Translations under genes and position numbers: made by a program | Origin: an uncultured bacterium | Lineage (GTDB): Bacteria; Cyanobacteriota; Cyanobacteriia; Cyanobacteriales; Desertifilaceae | Reading direction: 5' to 3' | Length of the DNA stretch: 64,000 nt | Assembly: GCA_964616725.1 (NCBI GenBank) | Contig: CAZTRW010000001.1 | Coordinates: 9,465-73,464 of the forward strand | The notes under the pieces: model-generated | Seen by the model: only the letters and a program-made list of their open reading frames with translations | The model's database searches: none | Told to the model about the DNA's origin: nothing | Shown here: positions 19,358 through 30,429 of the stretch, in pieces | How positions within the stretch are numbered: the stretch's first letter is position 1 | Layout: every line of letters begins with the position of its first letter

Positions 19358-21124
19358 TCAACGCTGCATCCAGGCTTGAGTGCGATCGCGTAAACCTTGG
19401 GTGAGAAAATAATAGATAATTTTTACACCAATACTGGTACAAACCACTAAGGTGGACATAGCCGCAGCAGCGGCAATATCTCCCGCATCATCCATATTCA
19501 CAATCGCTACAGCGGCGATGGGAAGATTGGGAGGATAAAGAAAAATAATCGCAGACACCGTGATCATGGAATTGACAAAATAGTAAATGCCAATTTCTAA
19601 GATAGCGGGTAAGGAAAGGGGAACAGTGACTCGCCAGAAGGTTTGATAGAAGGGGACTCCTAGGGAAGCAGAGACGGCTTCAAATTCGGGATCAATTTGT
19701 TTGAGAGTTGTATTAGCGGTGAGGAAGCAAACCGTGTAAAAGTGGATGATATTACAGAGGACAAGAATTCCCAAGGTTCCGTATAAGAAGTTTAAGGGAT
19801 TAGGAAGGGATAAGCCGAAGATGTTCCAGGTAGGGTTATTGAAGAAAAAGACGTAGGCTAATCCGAGCACTAAGCCGGGTAAGGCGAGGGGAATGGTGGA
19901 GAGGAAATAATTGAGCGATCGCCATCTCAGTAAGTCTTTACTTTTTTCGATCAAATAAGCACTGATAAAGACAACTATGGTGCCAATTGCTGCTGTCCAC
20001 AGGGACATAGTGATACTGTTCCAGTAAGCTGCATAACCCCCACCACCAACCGTATTAAAGTTATAGTGCCTCCCACTCAGGCTGAAGTTATAGGGCCAAA
20101 CTTTGATCACAGAAGCAAAAATTAAGGTTCCTAATACAATTAATGCTGCTAGGGTAAGTAAGGCACAAAAGGCAAATAATGTCCAGTCTAAAATGGGTTT
20201 CGATTTGGGTTGAAAAGGGACTGACTTGGCACTGACTAAGGCAGTTTGTTGGCGTTGGATAATACGATTGACAATATAAGCAATCACCGTGGGAGTGAGG
20301 AGAAAAACACTAATAGTTGCCCCCATCGAAAAATTCTGCTGACCAATCACTTGTTTATAGATATCAGTCGCCAGAACATTAAAATTTCCGCCTACCACTT
20401 TCGGCACGCCAAAGTCAGTGAAGGCGAGGGTAAAACAAACAAAAATAGCGCTAATTAAGCCATATTTGACGCTCGGTAAAGTCACGGTTAAAAAGGTACG
20501 CAGGGCAGAGGTGCGCAGGGATTCGGCAGCTTCGTACAGTCGCGCATCGGTTAAGCTTAAAGCGGTCAGTAAAATCACGAGGGCTTGGGGAAAACAATAG
20601 AGCACTTCGCCGAGAATAATGCCGTTGGCACCATAGAGGTTAATATTCCAACCGGGCAAAGTATCAAAGAATCCAGTGGTGACGATGCCTTGGTTACCAA
20701 ACAGGTAAATGAGACCGATCGCATGAGCCATGGGAGGCATATACAGGGGTAACATTCCCAAGAGGCGAAATACTCCTTTGCCAATCATACAGGTGCGTGC
20801 GATCGCATAGGCAAAGATAAAGGCTAGGATGACGCAAATGAAGGTACTGGCGATCGCCACATACAAACTATTCGTCAGCGAAACCGCCAAAGCAGGAGTC
20901 GTCAAATATTGGATATAGTTATCTAACCCTACCCACTTACCCGTCTTATCCAGAAAACTACGAGATAAAATAGGCATTAAAGGCAACACTACCCCAATCA
21001 GTAGCCACAGGGTAGCTAACCCCAGTAAACCGCGCATCATCCAATCTTCCCGCGTCACCATCATCGACGCAGGAGAGGAAAAAAACTGTTGATGGAAACG
21101 TTGCCAAGGACTTGATGAAGTCAT
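19358..21124 (-). CDS. Putative 2-aminoethylphosphonate ABC transporter permease (two TM modules)
   Basis: Duplicated EAA loops (LYEAAESL; FEAVSASLG), [23 protein letters not shown]. Confidence 0.82.
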   Translation of the reverse strand: MTSSSPWQRFHQQFFSSPASMMVTREDWMMRGLLGLATLWLLIGVVLPLMPILSRSFLDKTGKWVGLDNYIQYLTTPALAVSLTNSLYVAIASTFICVILAFIFAYAIARTCMIGKGVFRLLGMLPLYMPPMAHAIGLIYLFGNQGIVTTGFFDTLPGWNINLYGANGIILGEVLYCFPQALVILLTALSLTDARLYEAAESLRTSALRTFLTVTLPSVKYGLISAIFVCFTLAFTDFGVPKVVGGNFNVLATDIYKQVIGQQNFSMGATISVFLLTPTVIAYIVNRIIQRQQTALVSAKSVPFQPKSKPILDWTLFAFCALLTLAALIVLGTLIFASVIKVWPYNFSLSGRHYNFNTVGGGGYAAYWNSITMSLWTAAIGTIVVFISAYLIEKSKDLLRWRSLNYFLSTIPLALPGLVLGLAYVFFFNNPTWNIFGLSLPNPLNFLYGTLGILVLCNIIHFYTVCFLTANTTLKQIDPEFEAVSASLGVPFYQTFWRVTVPLSLPAILEIGIYYFVNSMITVSAIIFLYPPNLPIAAVAIVNMDDAGDIAAAAAMSTLVVCTSIGVKIIYYFLTQGLRDRTQAWMQR

Positions 21125-21144
21125 GGAGAATAGAAAAATAAAAA

Positions 21145-22344
21145 TTACTCAAAAATCCGAATTAACTCTGGGGGAATTTGAATCGCTAAACGACTGCCAT
21201 GGCGACGGAAATCCAATTGACGGACATCATGAATGGGGACATCAATCATCAATTGCGCCAATTGCGCCTGAGCCTCTCCTGGGAGATTCAGGGTAACCAG
21301 ATAGCTAGAACCCTGAAATTCCAAAGCTTCCACCTCAGCCTGAATGATATTTGGGCGCGAGAGCACTTCTGGATCGAGATGATTTACTTCTCCCAGTAAG
21401 CACAAATCCTCTGGGCGAATCGCCAGAGTTACCTCTGGTATCGTTTGATTCAGCGTTTGAATCACATTCAAGGTAATCTCTCCACATTGTACCTGCTGAG
21501 GAGCAATCACTTTCGCAGGTAAGAAATTCATCACCCCGATAAAATCAGCCACAAAGGGACTGTGGGGCTGTTGATAGACGGCGTGGGGAGTGCCCACTTG
21601 AGCAATATAGCCTTTGTCCATCACCACGACACGGTCAGCCATGGCTAAGGCCTCTGCTTGGTCATGAGTTACCATGACAGTGGTTACCCCTAAACGTTTT
21701 TGCAGTTGGGTCAATTCTGTCCGTAATCTTACTCGGACTTTAGCATCTAAAGCTGACAAAGGTTCATCTAGCAGTAATAACCCTGGGGACTGGGCTAGGG
21801 CGCGAGCGAGAGCTACCCGCTGTTGTTGTCCTCCTGATAGCTGGGCTGGATATTTATGCCCCATCCCCTCTAAACCCACTACGGCTAGTAATTCTTCAAC
21901 TCTAGCACGGACTTGCGATCGCGGCAGTTGGCTATTTTCCAAACCATAACCGATATTTTGGGTCGCCGTTAAATTGGGAAAAAGAGCATAGGATTGAAAA
22001 ACAATGCCAAAATCCCGTTGCGAAGGAGGTAACCAAGATACATCTTTACCCCCTTGAATTACCCTGCCACTACTTTGCTGTTCGAGTCCAGCAATAATGC
22101 GTAGCAGAGTAGTTTTACCACATCCACTTGGCCCAAGCAAACATACAAATTCTCCTGGATAAACATCAAGATAGATATTTTTCAGAGCCACAAAACTCCC
22201 AAAGGTTTTGTGGACATTCTCAATTTGTAGATAGGGTTGGAGTGAGCCGGGAGCATCAGGTTGATTTAACAGCGCCGAGAGATGGCGGGTGTCCTCGCTG
22301 GTGCTAGGAGATTGGGTGGTGGGTGGTTCGGGGGAGGAATTCAT
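21145..22344 (-). CDS. Putative 2-aminoethylphosphonate ABC transporter ATP-binding protein
   Basis: [41 protein letters not shown]. Start set at MNSSP (22344) to avoid overlap with the binding-protein gene. Confidence 0.85.
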   Translation of the reverse strand: MNSSPEPPTTQSPSTSEDTRHLSALLNQPDAPGSLQPYLQIENVHKTFGSFVALKNIYLDVYPGEFVCLLGPSGCGKTTLLRIIAGLEQQSSGRVIQGGKDVSWLPPSQRDFGIVFQSYALFPNLTATQNIGYGLENSQLPRSQVRARVEELLAVVGLEGMGHKYPAQLSGGQQQRVALARALAQSPGLLLLDEPLSALDAKVRVRLRTELTQLQKRLGVTTVMVTHDQAEALAMADRVVVMDKGYIAQVGTPHAVYQQPHSPFVADFIGVMNFLPAKVIAPQQVQCGEITLNVIQTLNQTIPEVTLAIRPEDLCLLGEVNHLDPEVLSRPNIIQAEVEALEFQGSSYLVTLNLPGEAQAQLAQLMIDVPIHDVRQLDFRRHGSRLAIQIPPELIRIFE

Positions 22345-22354
22345 GATAGAGTAA

Positions 22355-23464
22355 TTAGGATTTCGGTTCCGATTTGGAGTCGTAGCGTTTTGCCCATTCT
22401 GCCAAAATGCGATCGCGATTTTCTGCTGCCCAATTAAAGTCATTTTCAATCAGTTGAGCATTGGGATCGGCAGGAAACCCCTCTGGAATCGCCACATCGG
22501 TTTTAACAGCAGTCACCGCAAAACTTTTAGCATATTCTTTAGCAATCTCTGGCGTAATTGCCCAATCTAAAAAGGTTTTCGCGCCGGGCTTAATGGGGTC
22601 TTTTTTAATCAAGGCATTGGCTTCTATCTCCCATCCTGAACCTTCTGACGGAAAGACAGGTTCAATCGGTTCTCCAGCACTTTTTTGTTTAACCGCACGA
22701 TAGCCAAAGGAAATGCCAATGGGATATTCTCCAGCACCTGCGGCTTTGCAAGGTTTGGAGCCAGAATGCATATATTGGGCAATGTTTTGATGGAGACTAT
22801 CTAAATATTTCCATCCTTCTTCTTCGCCTTTCAATTGCAGAATGGCAGAGACAGAAAGAAACCCAGTTCCTGAAGAGGCAGGGTTAGACATGACGATTTT
22901 GCCTTGATAGACAGGATCGGTTAAATCTGCCCAGGATTTTGGCATGGGGAGATTGTTTTTTTCTAGTTCTACGGTGTTGACACAAAAGGCAGACATCCAC
23001 ACATCAATTCCTACCCAATGGGGAGGATTGCGCTGATCTCTAAATCGGGGATTTACTTGATCTAGTCCTTGAGGAGCGTAGGGTTCTAATAGGCCTTGTT
23101 GGTCGGCAACCAGTAAACTAGAAGCAGCTAATCCCCAGACAACATCGGCTTGGGGATTGTCTTTTTCTGCTAATAGTTTGGCGGTGACAATGCCGGTTGA
23201 GTCCCGGACAACATTGACTTTAATATCGGGATGTTTTTGTTGAAATAGGGGCAAATATCCAGAGAGTTGATCGTCTTCTAGGGCTGTGTAAATGGTAATA
23301 GCTTCGCCGCTGGTTGGTGGTTCGGAAGAGGCTCCAGGTGATGGAGTGGGGCTAGTACCAGTATTATTTGATGTGGTTTGAGAACAGGCGGCAACGACAG
23401 ATATCATGAAGAAAGTTACTACACAAGTGGCAATAAATTTCATCCATTTACGTTTGAGGTGCAT
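22355..23464 (-). CDS. Putative 2-aminoethylphosphonate ABC substrate-binding lipoprotein (PhnS2-like)
   Basis: Lipobox VVAAC; [47 protein letters not shown] match the recalled TIGR03261-type family. Confidence 0.82.
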   Translation of the reverse strand: MHLKRKWMKFIATCVVTFFMISVVAACSQTTSNNTGTSPTPSPGASSEPPTSGEAITIYTALEDDQLSGYLPLFQQKHPDIKVNVVRDSTGIVTAKLLAEKDNPQADVVWGLAASSLLVADQQGLLEPYAPQGLDQVNPRFRDQRNPPHWVGIDVWMSAFCVNTVELEKNNLPMPKSWADLTDPVYQGKIVMSNPASSGTGFLSVSAILQLKGEEEGWKYLDSLHQNIAQYMHSGSKPCKAAGAGEYPIGISFGYRAVKQKSAGEPIEPVFPSEGSGWEIEANALIKKDPIKPGAKTFLDWAITPEIAKEYAKSFAVTAVKTDVAIPEGFPADPNAQLIENDFNWAAENRDRILAEWAKRYDSKSEPKS

Positions 23465-23520
23465 GGGGGACTCCTGTAAGTTGAAGTGTAGGTTTTATCA
23501 TAATTAGGAGGATGAGGAGC

Positions 23521-23576
23521 GCGATCGCCTAGCGACTCCGTAGGAGTATCGCCCAGGGACTCCGTAGGAGTATCGC
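23521..23576 (+). repeat. HIP1-anchored 24-nt hairpin element, 2 tandem units (intergenic)
   Basis: GCGATCGC + CTAGCGACTCCGTAGGAGTATCGC + CCAGGGACTCCGTAGGAGTATCGC. Confidence 0.85.
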
Positions 23577-23642
23577 CCAGCTATTTTCCTCGCCATTGTA
23601 CTGGATAAAACTTCTGTTTCAAGTTATTTTTTTGTCATGGTT

Positions 23643-23707
23643 TGGTTAACGATCTATTAAGAAAATGTCCCGACAAAACTCGACAAAACTTTAGATTGTC
23701 TTAACTT
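23643..23707. promoter_or_regulatory. Candidate SphR (Pho) boxes in the divergent promoter
   Basis: Minus strand CTTAATAG-N3-GTTAACCA (23661-23643) and plus strand CTTTAGAT-N3-CTTAACTT (23689-23707). Both have 11-bp spacing and resemble PyTTAAPyPy(T/A), imperfectly. Confidence 0.45.
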
Positions 23708-23762
23708 AAAATAGTCTACCTATAGGAGAAAATTGCTTCGGCATCCTAATTCTCCCTCGACT

Positions 23763-24485
23763 ATGACCAAGATTCAATTGGTTGTGTTTGATATGGCTGG
23801 CACCACTGTCAAAGATAACAAGGAAGTTGAGCAGTGCTTTTTGCAGGCAGCAGCACAAACTGGATTAACCGCCCCATCTGATCGAGTCGTTGCGATGATG
23901 GGATGGGCAAAGCGATTGGTTTTTGAAACCCTTTGGCGTGAGCAGTTAGGGAAAGATCATCCTGATTACCCGCAAAAGGTTGCCCAGTCTTACGAGCGGT
24001 TTACGGAGATTCTAGAGCACCATTATCTCACTGAGCCGGTTGCAGCGATCGCCAACTGTGCAGAAGTATTTGCATGGCTCAAACTTCAAGGCATCAAAAT
24101 TGCCTTGAATACAGGATTTTATCGTAAAGTTACCAATATTATTCTCCAGCGATTGGGCTGGGATCAGGGCTTAAATCAAAACTATATCGGTTCAGAAAAT
24201 GCCATCATTAGTGCTTCGATTACCCCTTCAGAGATTTATAATCAAGAAGGTCGTCCAGCACCTTATATGATTCAAAAAGCCATGTACCAATTGGGGATTA
24301 AAGATCCTCAAACCGTAATCGCCATTGGAGATACCCCCTCAGATATTCAAGCCGGAAGAAATGCCCATTGCCGCTTTTGCTGTGGAGTAACCTATGGCAC
24401 CCATACCCAGGAACAACTCATACCCTATGGTCCCGATAGATTACTCAATTCTTTATGGGAAATTAAGGAAATGATTGAGCCATGA
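23763..24485 (+). CDS. PhnX-like HAD hydrolase (phosphonatase-like)
   Basis: VFDMAGTTV, cap motif MGWAK (position of the Schiff-base Lys), IALNTGF, GRPAPYMI, AIGDTPSD. Confidence 0.8.
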   Translation: MTKIQLVVFDMAGTTVKDNKEVEQCFLQAAAQTGLTAPSDRVVAMMGWAKRLVFETLWREQLGKDHPDYPQKVAQSYERFTEILEHHYLTEPVAAIANCAEVFAWLKLQGIKIALNTGFYRKVTNIILQRLGWDQGLNQNYIGSENAIISASITPSEIYNQEGRPAPYMIQKAMYQLGIKDPQTVIAIGDTPSDIQAGRNAHCRFCCGVTYGTHTQEQLIPYGPDRLLNSLWEIKEMIEP

Positions 24486-25606
24486 ACAGGGCAGATGTCA
24501 TTATTATTGGGGCAGGAATTGTGGGATTAGCCCATGGTTTAGCAGCGGCGAAAAAAGGATTGAGTGTGGTCATCTTTGAACGCCATCCCCAAGCAGTTGG
24601 GGCATCAATCCGCAATTTTGGCATGATTTGGCCCATTGGTCAACCCCAAGGAAAATTAAGCGATCGCGCCCTTCGTTCTCGCGACATTTGGTTAGAAATT
24701 GCCGCCCAAGCAGGCATTGCTATTGATCCTTGTGGCTCTTTACATCTGGCTTATCGAGAAGATGAATTAGCCGTGTTACAAGAATTTATCGATACAACAG
24801 ATCGCCCCGGCATAGCACTACTCACCCCAGACAAAATATTCGCCAAAAGTCCAGCCGTTAATCCTAAAAAATTGCTGGGTGCTTTGTGGAGTCCCACAGA
24901 AGTCATTGTCGATCCCAGAGAAGCGATCGCCAAAATTCCTCTGTTTCTTACTCAAGCATATCCCCTACAAATCCACTGGAATACAGCAGTCACCGCCATT
25001 AACTTTCCCCAAATTCTCGCAGGCACAGAAATCTGGCAAGCCAATCATCACATTTTCCTCTGTAGCGGCATAGACTTTGAAACCCTTTATCCCTCCCTTT
25101 ATCAAAACAGTGGCTTAACCAAAGTCAAGCTACAAATGATGCGAACTGTACCTCAACCAGAGGGGTTTAAAATCGGCGTACCGCTCTGTGGAGGACTCAC
25201 CCTCACCCATTATAGTGCCTTCAGCCATTGCCCCTCTTTACCAACCCTCAAAAGCCGTATTCAACAAGAAACTCCCCACTTTCCTCAATGGGGTATTCAT
25301 GTGATGATGTCTCAAAATGCCACAGGAGAATTAATCCTAGGAGATTCCCATGAATATGGCTTAAATCTCGATCCCTTCGATCGCAGTGCAATTAATCAGT
25401 ATATCTTAGCCTATTTGCAATCTATGGTACAGGTTCCCACCTTAGAAATTGCCCAAACTTGGCATGGCGTTTATGCTAAGTTAGCCGGGAAAACCGAGTG
25501 GATTGAGACTCCCCAACCAGGAGTAACCCTTGTCAATGCCCTCGGTGGGGCAGGAATGACCTTATCATTCGGATTAGCTGAAGAAATTGTAGGGCGATCG
25601 CTATAA
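24482..25606 (+). CDS. FAD-dependent oxidoreductase of the phosphonate-associated TIGR03364 type
   Basis: GAGIVGLAH, GASIRNFG, ILGDSHEYG, GGAGMTLSFG; ATGA overlap with the HAD gene. Confidence 0.8.
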   Translation: MNRADVIIIGAGIVGLAHGLAAAKKGLSVVIFERHPQAVGASIRNFGMIWPIGQPQGKLSDRALRSRDIWLEIAAQAGIAIDPCGSLHLAYREDELAVLQEFIDTTDRPGIALLTPDKIFAKSPAVNPKKLLGALWSPTEVIVDPREAIAKIPLFLTQAYPLQIHWNTAVTAINFPQILAGTEIWQANHHIFLCSGIDFETLYPSLYQNSGLTKVKLQMMRTVPQPEGFKIGVPLCGGLTLTHYSAFSHCPSLPTLKSRIQQETPHFPQWGIHVMMSQNATGELILGDSHEYGLNLDPFDRSAINQYILAYLQSMVQVPTLEIAQTWHGVYAKLAGKTEWIETPQPGVTLVNALGGAGMTLSFGLAEEIVGRSL

Positions 25607-25703
25607 ACTCCATCAAAACGGCCACCTTTCAGGCATAATCAAAAAAGATCAGAAGAGGTAAGAGATCCATTCCCTCTTTCCCCTTCAACTCAACCAGAAC
25701 ACT

Positions 25704-26474
25704 ATGATGGGATTAAACGGCATTCATACCGCCCAAGCTTTAATTATCGGGGGCAGCGGGGGTATTGGTTTAGGATTTGTGAAAAAACTCTTACTTGATC
25801 AGCAGATATCCAGGATTTACGCTACCTATCGCCGTCCTGAATCTGCGGTTGAACTGTTAGACTTGCAAGAGAGTAACCCGGATTGTCTTCATTGCTTGCC
25901 AATGGATATTACTGACGAATCTCAGATTACCGCAGTTCTGGGAAAGATTCAAGAGCACACCAGTAAACTTCATTTAGTGATTAATGCCGTCGGGATTCTC
26001 TACGAAGGATTGTTACAACCAGAAAAAAGCCTCAAACAAATTAACTCTGAGCATCTATTGCGCTACTTTCAAGTTAACAGTATTGGAGCGGTGCTGCTGG
26101 CAAAACATCTGTTGCCCCTGTTCCATCATGGCGATCGCAGTATTTTCGCTACCCTATCTGCTAAAATTGGCAGTATCGGCGATAATCACATGGGCGGATG
26201 GTACGGTTACCGAGCCTCTAAAGCGGCGTTAAATATGTTCATGCGTACTGTGGCGATCGAATACCAACGCAAAAGTCCCCATACCATCATTGTGCTCCTA
26301 CATCCTGGCACCACCGATACTCCCCTTTCCCAACCCTTCCAAAGAAATGTTCCTCCCGAAAAGTTATTCTCTGTTGATCGTAGCGTTAACCAGCTTTGGG
26401 AGATTATTAACCAGTTAGAGGATAAAGATAAAGGTCATTTTTTCTCTTGGGATGGTACTGTCTTACCCTGGTAA
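25704..26474 (+). CDS. Short-chain dehydrogenase, CsgA/C-factor-like
   Basis: GGSGGIG, SAKIGSIGDN..GGWYGYRASKAALNM, LHPGTTDT. Confidence 0.87.
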   Translation: MMGLNGIHTAQALIIGGSGGIGLGFVKKLLLDQQISRIYATYRRPESAVELLDLQESNPDCLHCLPMDITDESQITAVLGKIQEHTSKLHLVINAVGILYEGLLQPEKSLKQINSEHLLRYFQVNSIGAVLLAKHLLPLFHHGDRSIFATLSAKIGSIGDNHMGGWYGYRASKAALNMFMRTVAIEYQRKSPHTIIVLLHPGTTDTPLSQPFQRNVPPEKLFSVDRSVNQLWEIINQLEDKDKGHFFSWDGTVLPW

Positions 26475-26491
26475 GGAGAGCATTCTCACCA

Positions 26492-26517
26492 CAAAGACAC
26501 AGAGGACACCAAGTTTT
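26492..26517 (+). repeat. CAAAGACACA-GAGGACACCAAG short dispersed repeat (uninterrupted copy)
   Basis: 24/26 identical to 12553-12562 joined to 12584-12599 once the 21-nt element is removed. Confidence 0.65.
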
Positions 26518-26633
26518 CTCCGTAGAAGGGAATTTCGTGTGATTTAAGTCACATTAGCGAGGGGAGTTGATCACGGCTAAAACTATTTTGATCGCTCATA
26601 GTGAAACTATAGGACTCGTGTTTTGACTAATTT

Positions 26634-26918
26634 ATGTTACCCAAACATCAACTCCTGCCTGGGGCTATCTCCGAGATTCTAGTTTCTGCACGAGAAACAG
26701 GGACTTTGACACTTGCCGATCGCTATGGTCTCATGGCTGCTGCCCTAGATGAAACCCTACCTGAAGAAGATCAACGCTCTGTCAATCGGTTGCTGCGATC
26801 AGTGATGCAAGGAAAAATTAAACTCAGCGATGAACTTTCGACTATTCATTGCGGCTCTTATCCTCCCTTATTACCTCTGTGCGGCTCTCCCCACTCCTCT
26901 CTGTTATCCTCCACTTAA
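26634..26918 (+). CDS. Conserved small cyanobacterial hypothetical protein
   Basis: LLPGAISE...TLADRYGLMAA...LLR pattern; the C-terminal tail may be a read-through. Confidence 0.6.
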   Translation: MLPKHQLLPGAISEILVSARETGTLTLADRYGLMAAALDETLPEEDQRSVNRLLRSVMQGKIKLSDELSTIHCGSYPPLLPLCGSPHSSLLSST

Positions 26919-27998
26919 GTTTTCTGGATCTGAAGCTACCAGTTTTTGCGCTTGCTCTGCTGCTAATTTAGGTTGAATATACAGATTTTCTAAGAGGGTT
27001 GCGCCTCCGGCTACCCAAGGCGGCACAATCAAGGCTCCAATAATGCCTAACACTTGAGTACCGCCTAATACGGCTAATAGTTGATAGAGAGGATGCACTC
27101 CTACGGATGATCCAACGAGGAAGGGATCGAGAACATAGGTTTCTAGGTTTTGAATAATCACAAAGAAGATCAGTACCCACAGAAATGTCCAGCCTCCAGA
27201 GGCGATCGCTACAATTAAAGCAGGAACTGCCCCCAACACTGGCCCAATAAATGGAATTAAATTCGTCACTCCCGCAATTACCCCTAACCCTAGGGAAAAT
27301 TCCCTTAATCCCAAAATACCTAATCCCAAGGTAGTCGCCATACCCAGAATAAACGACACCAATAATCTCCCCCGAATATAACTGCCCATCCGATAACTAA
27401 TGGTGGGAATTTGAGCCGCAATTTTTTCTGCCCAGGGTTCTGGAAACAACCGCACCAAGCTTTGAATTAAAGTTTGGCTATCTGCCACCATGTAACCAGA
27501 GATAAACAGGGATAAAATCAGGCTAAAGACTCCCCCAATAATGCCGCGAGTAATGCTATAGGAACGTAATACTAATTGCTGGCTAGAACGAATTAGCCAA
27601 CTGGTGACTTGTTGAATGTCAATCAGGTTAAATAACTCTGGAGGGGTACTGATCCAATTGTCGATCGCATCCGTGGCTAATCGAGACAGAATTTCTATAT
27701 AAGATGGTAATTTTTGTAGCAGACGTTCAATCTGCTGAAATACTGTTGGGCCAATCAGTAAGCCCAATCCTGTTAAGCCAAACAACAATGTCAGATAAAC
27801 TAAAATCACTCCTAGCCATCGGGGAATACGGAGGTTTGCCGCTGCATCCACTAGAGGGGCAATGGAGGCCGCCAGTACAATGGAAATCATCAACAATACC
27901 ACTAATCCTCGTAATTGCCAGAAGAGGATCATCAGCAGGACAGACAGTAAGATGATAAAAACCGTCGAGAAGGAAAATGTAATCGTGTTTTGGCGCAT
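26904..27998 (-). CDS. AI-2E family transporter
   Basis: Polytopic; SYIRGRL, NLIPFIGP, QNLETYVLDP, VGVHP. Confidence 0.88.
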   Translation of the reverse strand: MRQNTITFSFSTVFIILLSVLLMILFWQLRGLVVLLMISIVLAASIAPLVDAAANLRIPRWLGVILVYLTLLFGLTGLGLLIGPTVFQQIERLLQKLPSYIEILSRLATDAIDNWISTPPELFNLIDIQQVTSWLIRSSQQLVLRSYSITRGIIGGVFSLILSLFISGYMVADSQTLIQSLVRLFPEPWAEKIAAQIPTISYRMGSYIRGRLLVSFILGMATTLGLGILGLREFSLGLGVIAGVTNLIPFIGPVLGAVPALIVAIASGGWTFLWVLIFFVIIQNLETYVLDPFLVGSSVGVHPLYQLLAVLGGTQVLGIIGALIVPPWVAGGATLLENLYIQPKLAAEQAQKLVASDPENLSGG

Positions 27999-28031
27999 AG
28001 AAAATGAAATCAGGTTAGGCGCTGATGGTGA

Positions 28032-29498
28032 TTAATTACGGTGCCATTGAGTGAGTCCCCCTGGTTGATCGATCAGGGTAACCCCCAAGCTTTGGAGGTG
28101 GTTCCGAATGCGATCGGCTTCAGCAAAATTTTTGGACTGACGGGCAGTTTGGCGGGCGGCGATCGCCGCTTCAATTTCCTCATTGCTTAATTGAGTCTGT
28201 ACAGACTCAGTTTCTGGAGTAGATAACAGTTCTAATCCCAACACTTGAGATAAGGTAACTAACGTTTGCCACTGCTGATATAGCTGAGGGGGATCAACCT
28301 CGGTTTTCCCTTCATGAATCCAGCGATTTCTTTCTCGATTTAAACCTTTCGCCAACTCAAATAATACCGCTAAGGCCGCGGCTGTATTCAAATCATCATC
28401 CATGGCTAATTCAAAAGCCTCTACACTCTCAGGAGACAACTTCTCCCTGGGAGCGATTGGTTGTAACTCTCCTCCCCAAAGATCTGCCAATTTCCTACCC
28501 CAGGAGAGAGCCTCTTGGAGAGTCTGCCAAGCATTTTGAGCCGAGGCGATCGCCTCTGAGGTAAAATCAATCGGCTTACGATATTGGGCCTGAAGCACAA
28601 ACAACCGCAGCGCCATTGGTTCCGGCCCCCCTTCACTATCGAGCAAATCCCGAATCGTCGTAAAATTACCCAAGGACTTGGACATCTTCTCCCCATTCAC
28701 CGTCACAAACCCATTGTGCAACCAATAGTGAGCTAAAGGTTTCCCCGTCACCGCCTCTGACTGAGCCACCTCATTTTCATGGTGGGGAAACACCAAATCT
28801 GCGCCGCCACAATGAATATCGATAGTTTCCCCTAAAGTATGGCGTACCATCGCCGAACATTCAATATGCCATCCCGGACGGCCCTTTCCCCAGGGAGAAT
28901 CCCAACTTGGTTCATCAGGCTTAGCACCTTTCCAGAGAGCAAAATCAAAGGGATCTTTTTTCTTGGTTTCTTCCCCATCCCCTTCCACTCGGCCTGAAGC
29001 GCCCGCTTGCATCTGATCAAACTTGCGTCCCGAAAGCTTGCCGTAGTCGGGGAACTGGCGCACTTGGTAATAGACATCTCCTTCACAGGCATAGGCATAG
29101 CCTTTGACTTCTAATTCATGAATCAGGCGCACAATGCCATTAAGACTATGGGTGACCTTGGGATATTGATCGGCTGGTAGGATGTTGAGGCGAGCCATAT
29201 CCTCAAAATAGGCTTGGGTAAATTTTTCAGCCACGGCTGCCATAGTGGAGCCGGTTTCGCGGGCCCGCTTCAGGATTTTATCGTCAATGTCGGTAAAGTT
29301 TTGCACGTATCGCACTTGATACCCTCGCCATTGTAGATAGCGGCGGAGGGTATCCCAAGCAATGTAGGAGCGTGCATGGCCGAGGTGGCAGTAGTCGTAA
29401 ACCGTAACTCCACAACAGTAGATCCGCACTTTACCCGGTTCTAGGGACTGAAAGGATTGTTTTTGGCGGGTAAGGGTGTTGGTGAAGGTTAGGGTCAT
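28032..29498 (-). CDS. cysS: Cysteinyl-tRNA synthetase
   Basis: CGVTVYD, HLGH, GRPGWHIECSAM, FPHHENE, KMSKSLGNF. Confidence 0.97.
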   Translation of the reverse strand: MTLTFTNTLTRQKQSFQSLEPGKVRIYCCGVTVYDYCHLGHARSYIAWDTLRRYLQWRGYQVRYVQNFTDIDDKILKRARETGSTMAAVAEKFTQAYFEDMARLNILPADQYPKVTHSLNGIVRLIHELEVKGYAYACEGDVYYQVRQFPDYGKLSGRKFDQMQAGASGRVEGDGEETKKKDPFDFALWKGAKPDEPSWDSPWGKGRPGWHIECSAMVRHTLGETIDIHCGGADLVFPHHENEVAQSEAVTGKPLAHYWLHNGFVTVNGEKMSKSLGNFTTIRDLLDSEGGPEPMALRLFVLQAQYRKPIDFTSEAIASAQNAWQTLQEALSWGRKLADLWGGELQPIAPREKLSPESVEAFELAMDDDLNTAAALAVLFELAKGLNRERNRWIHEGKTEVDPPQLYQQWQTLVTLSQVLGLELLSTPETESVQTQLSNEEIEAAIAARQTARQSKNFAEADRIRNHLQSLGVTLIDQPGGLTQWHRN

Positions 29499-29563
29499 GA
29501 GGCTGCGATGGGGGTTTCGTCGGCCATTATCTTACCAAATTGGGTTTTATGACATACTCAGAT

Positions 29564-30394
29564 TTAGACATCTTCGTGGGCGAAGCGACGATAGAGGAAA
29601 TCGAGGGCGTAGTTTCGCAATTCGTAGAAACGAGGGTCTTCCATAATGCGAGCGCGATCGCGCGGTCGAGGGAAAGGAATATCAATAATATCACCAATGG
29701 TGGCGGATGGCCCATTGGTCATCATCACCAGGCGATCGGCTAAAAACAACGCCTCATCGATATCATGGGTAATCATCAGCACTGTGCAGCGATTGTTTTG
29801 CCAAATAGTGAGCAATTCTTCCTGGAGTTCTTCTTTGGTAATGGCATCGAGAGCGCCAAATGGCTCGTCTAATAAGAGCATACGAGGACTCATGGCTAAG
29901 GCGCGGGCGATCGCCACCCGTTGCTTCATCCCCCCAGACAACTCATGGGGGCGCTTATGAGCCGCGTCACTCAAGCCAACCATGGCCAAATATTCCTGGG
30001 CAATGGCCAACTTTTCCCGTTGAGATTTGCGCTTAAAGGTGGCGTGAACCCCTAGCCACACATTTTCTAGAGCCGTTTTCCAGGGGAGTAGGGAATAATT
30101 TTGGAACACCATCATCCGATCCGGTCCCGGTTGGGTAATGGGGCGATCGCCGAGATAAATGGCTCCTAAAGTGGGTTGGATAAACCCCGCCACCATATTT
30201 AGTAAGGTGGATTTGCCACAGCCTGAATGGCCAATGAGGGTAATAAATTCTCCTTCCTGTACTGCCAGATCCAGATTTTCAATCACAGGATAAGGGCCAT
30301 TTGGGGTGGGATAAATCTTAGAGATATTCTGAACTGACAGCAAGGGCTGGGTAAGCATGGAATGAGATAGAGGAATGGAAGAAAGAGGGGGCAT
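29564..30394 (-). CDS. nrtD: Nitrate/nitrite ABC transporter ATP-binding subunit D
   Basis: GHSGCGKST, PGPDRMMVFQ, LSGGMKQR, MTNGPSATIG; last gene of the operon. Confidence 0.9.
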   Translation of the reverse strand: MPPLSSIPLSHSMLTQPLLSVQNISKIYPTPNGPYPVIENLDLAVQEGEFITLIGHSGCGKSTLLNMVAGFIQPTLGAIYLGDRPITQPGPDRMMVFQNYSLLPWKTALENVWLGVHATFKRKSQREKLAIAQEYLAMVGLSDAAHKRPHELSGGMKQRVAIARALAMSPRMLLLDEPFGALDAITKEELQEELLTIWQNNRCTVLMITHDIDEALFLADRLVMMTNGPSATIGDIIDIPFPRPRDRARIMEDPRFYELRNYALDFLYRRFAHEDV

Positions 30395-30429
30395 GGCAGG
30401 AGAAGAGGATAGGGGGCTGAAAATAGACC

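Noticed and set aside
21145-22449. Long 95-nt overlap between the ABC ATPase and binding-protein genes
   Set aside because: An ATG at 22344 gives a normal 10-nt gap. The same applies to the track's extended starts for rpsO, sfsA, dprA, VKOR and uraD.
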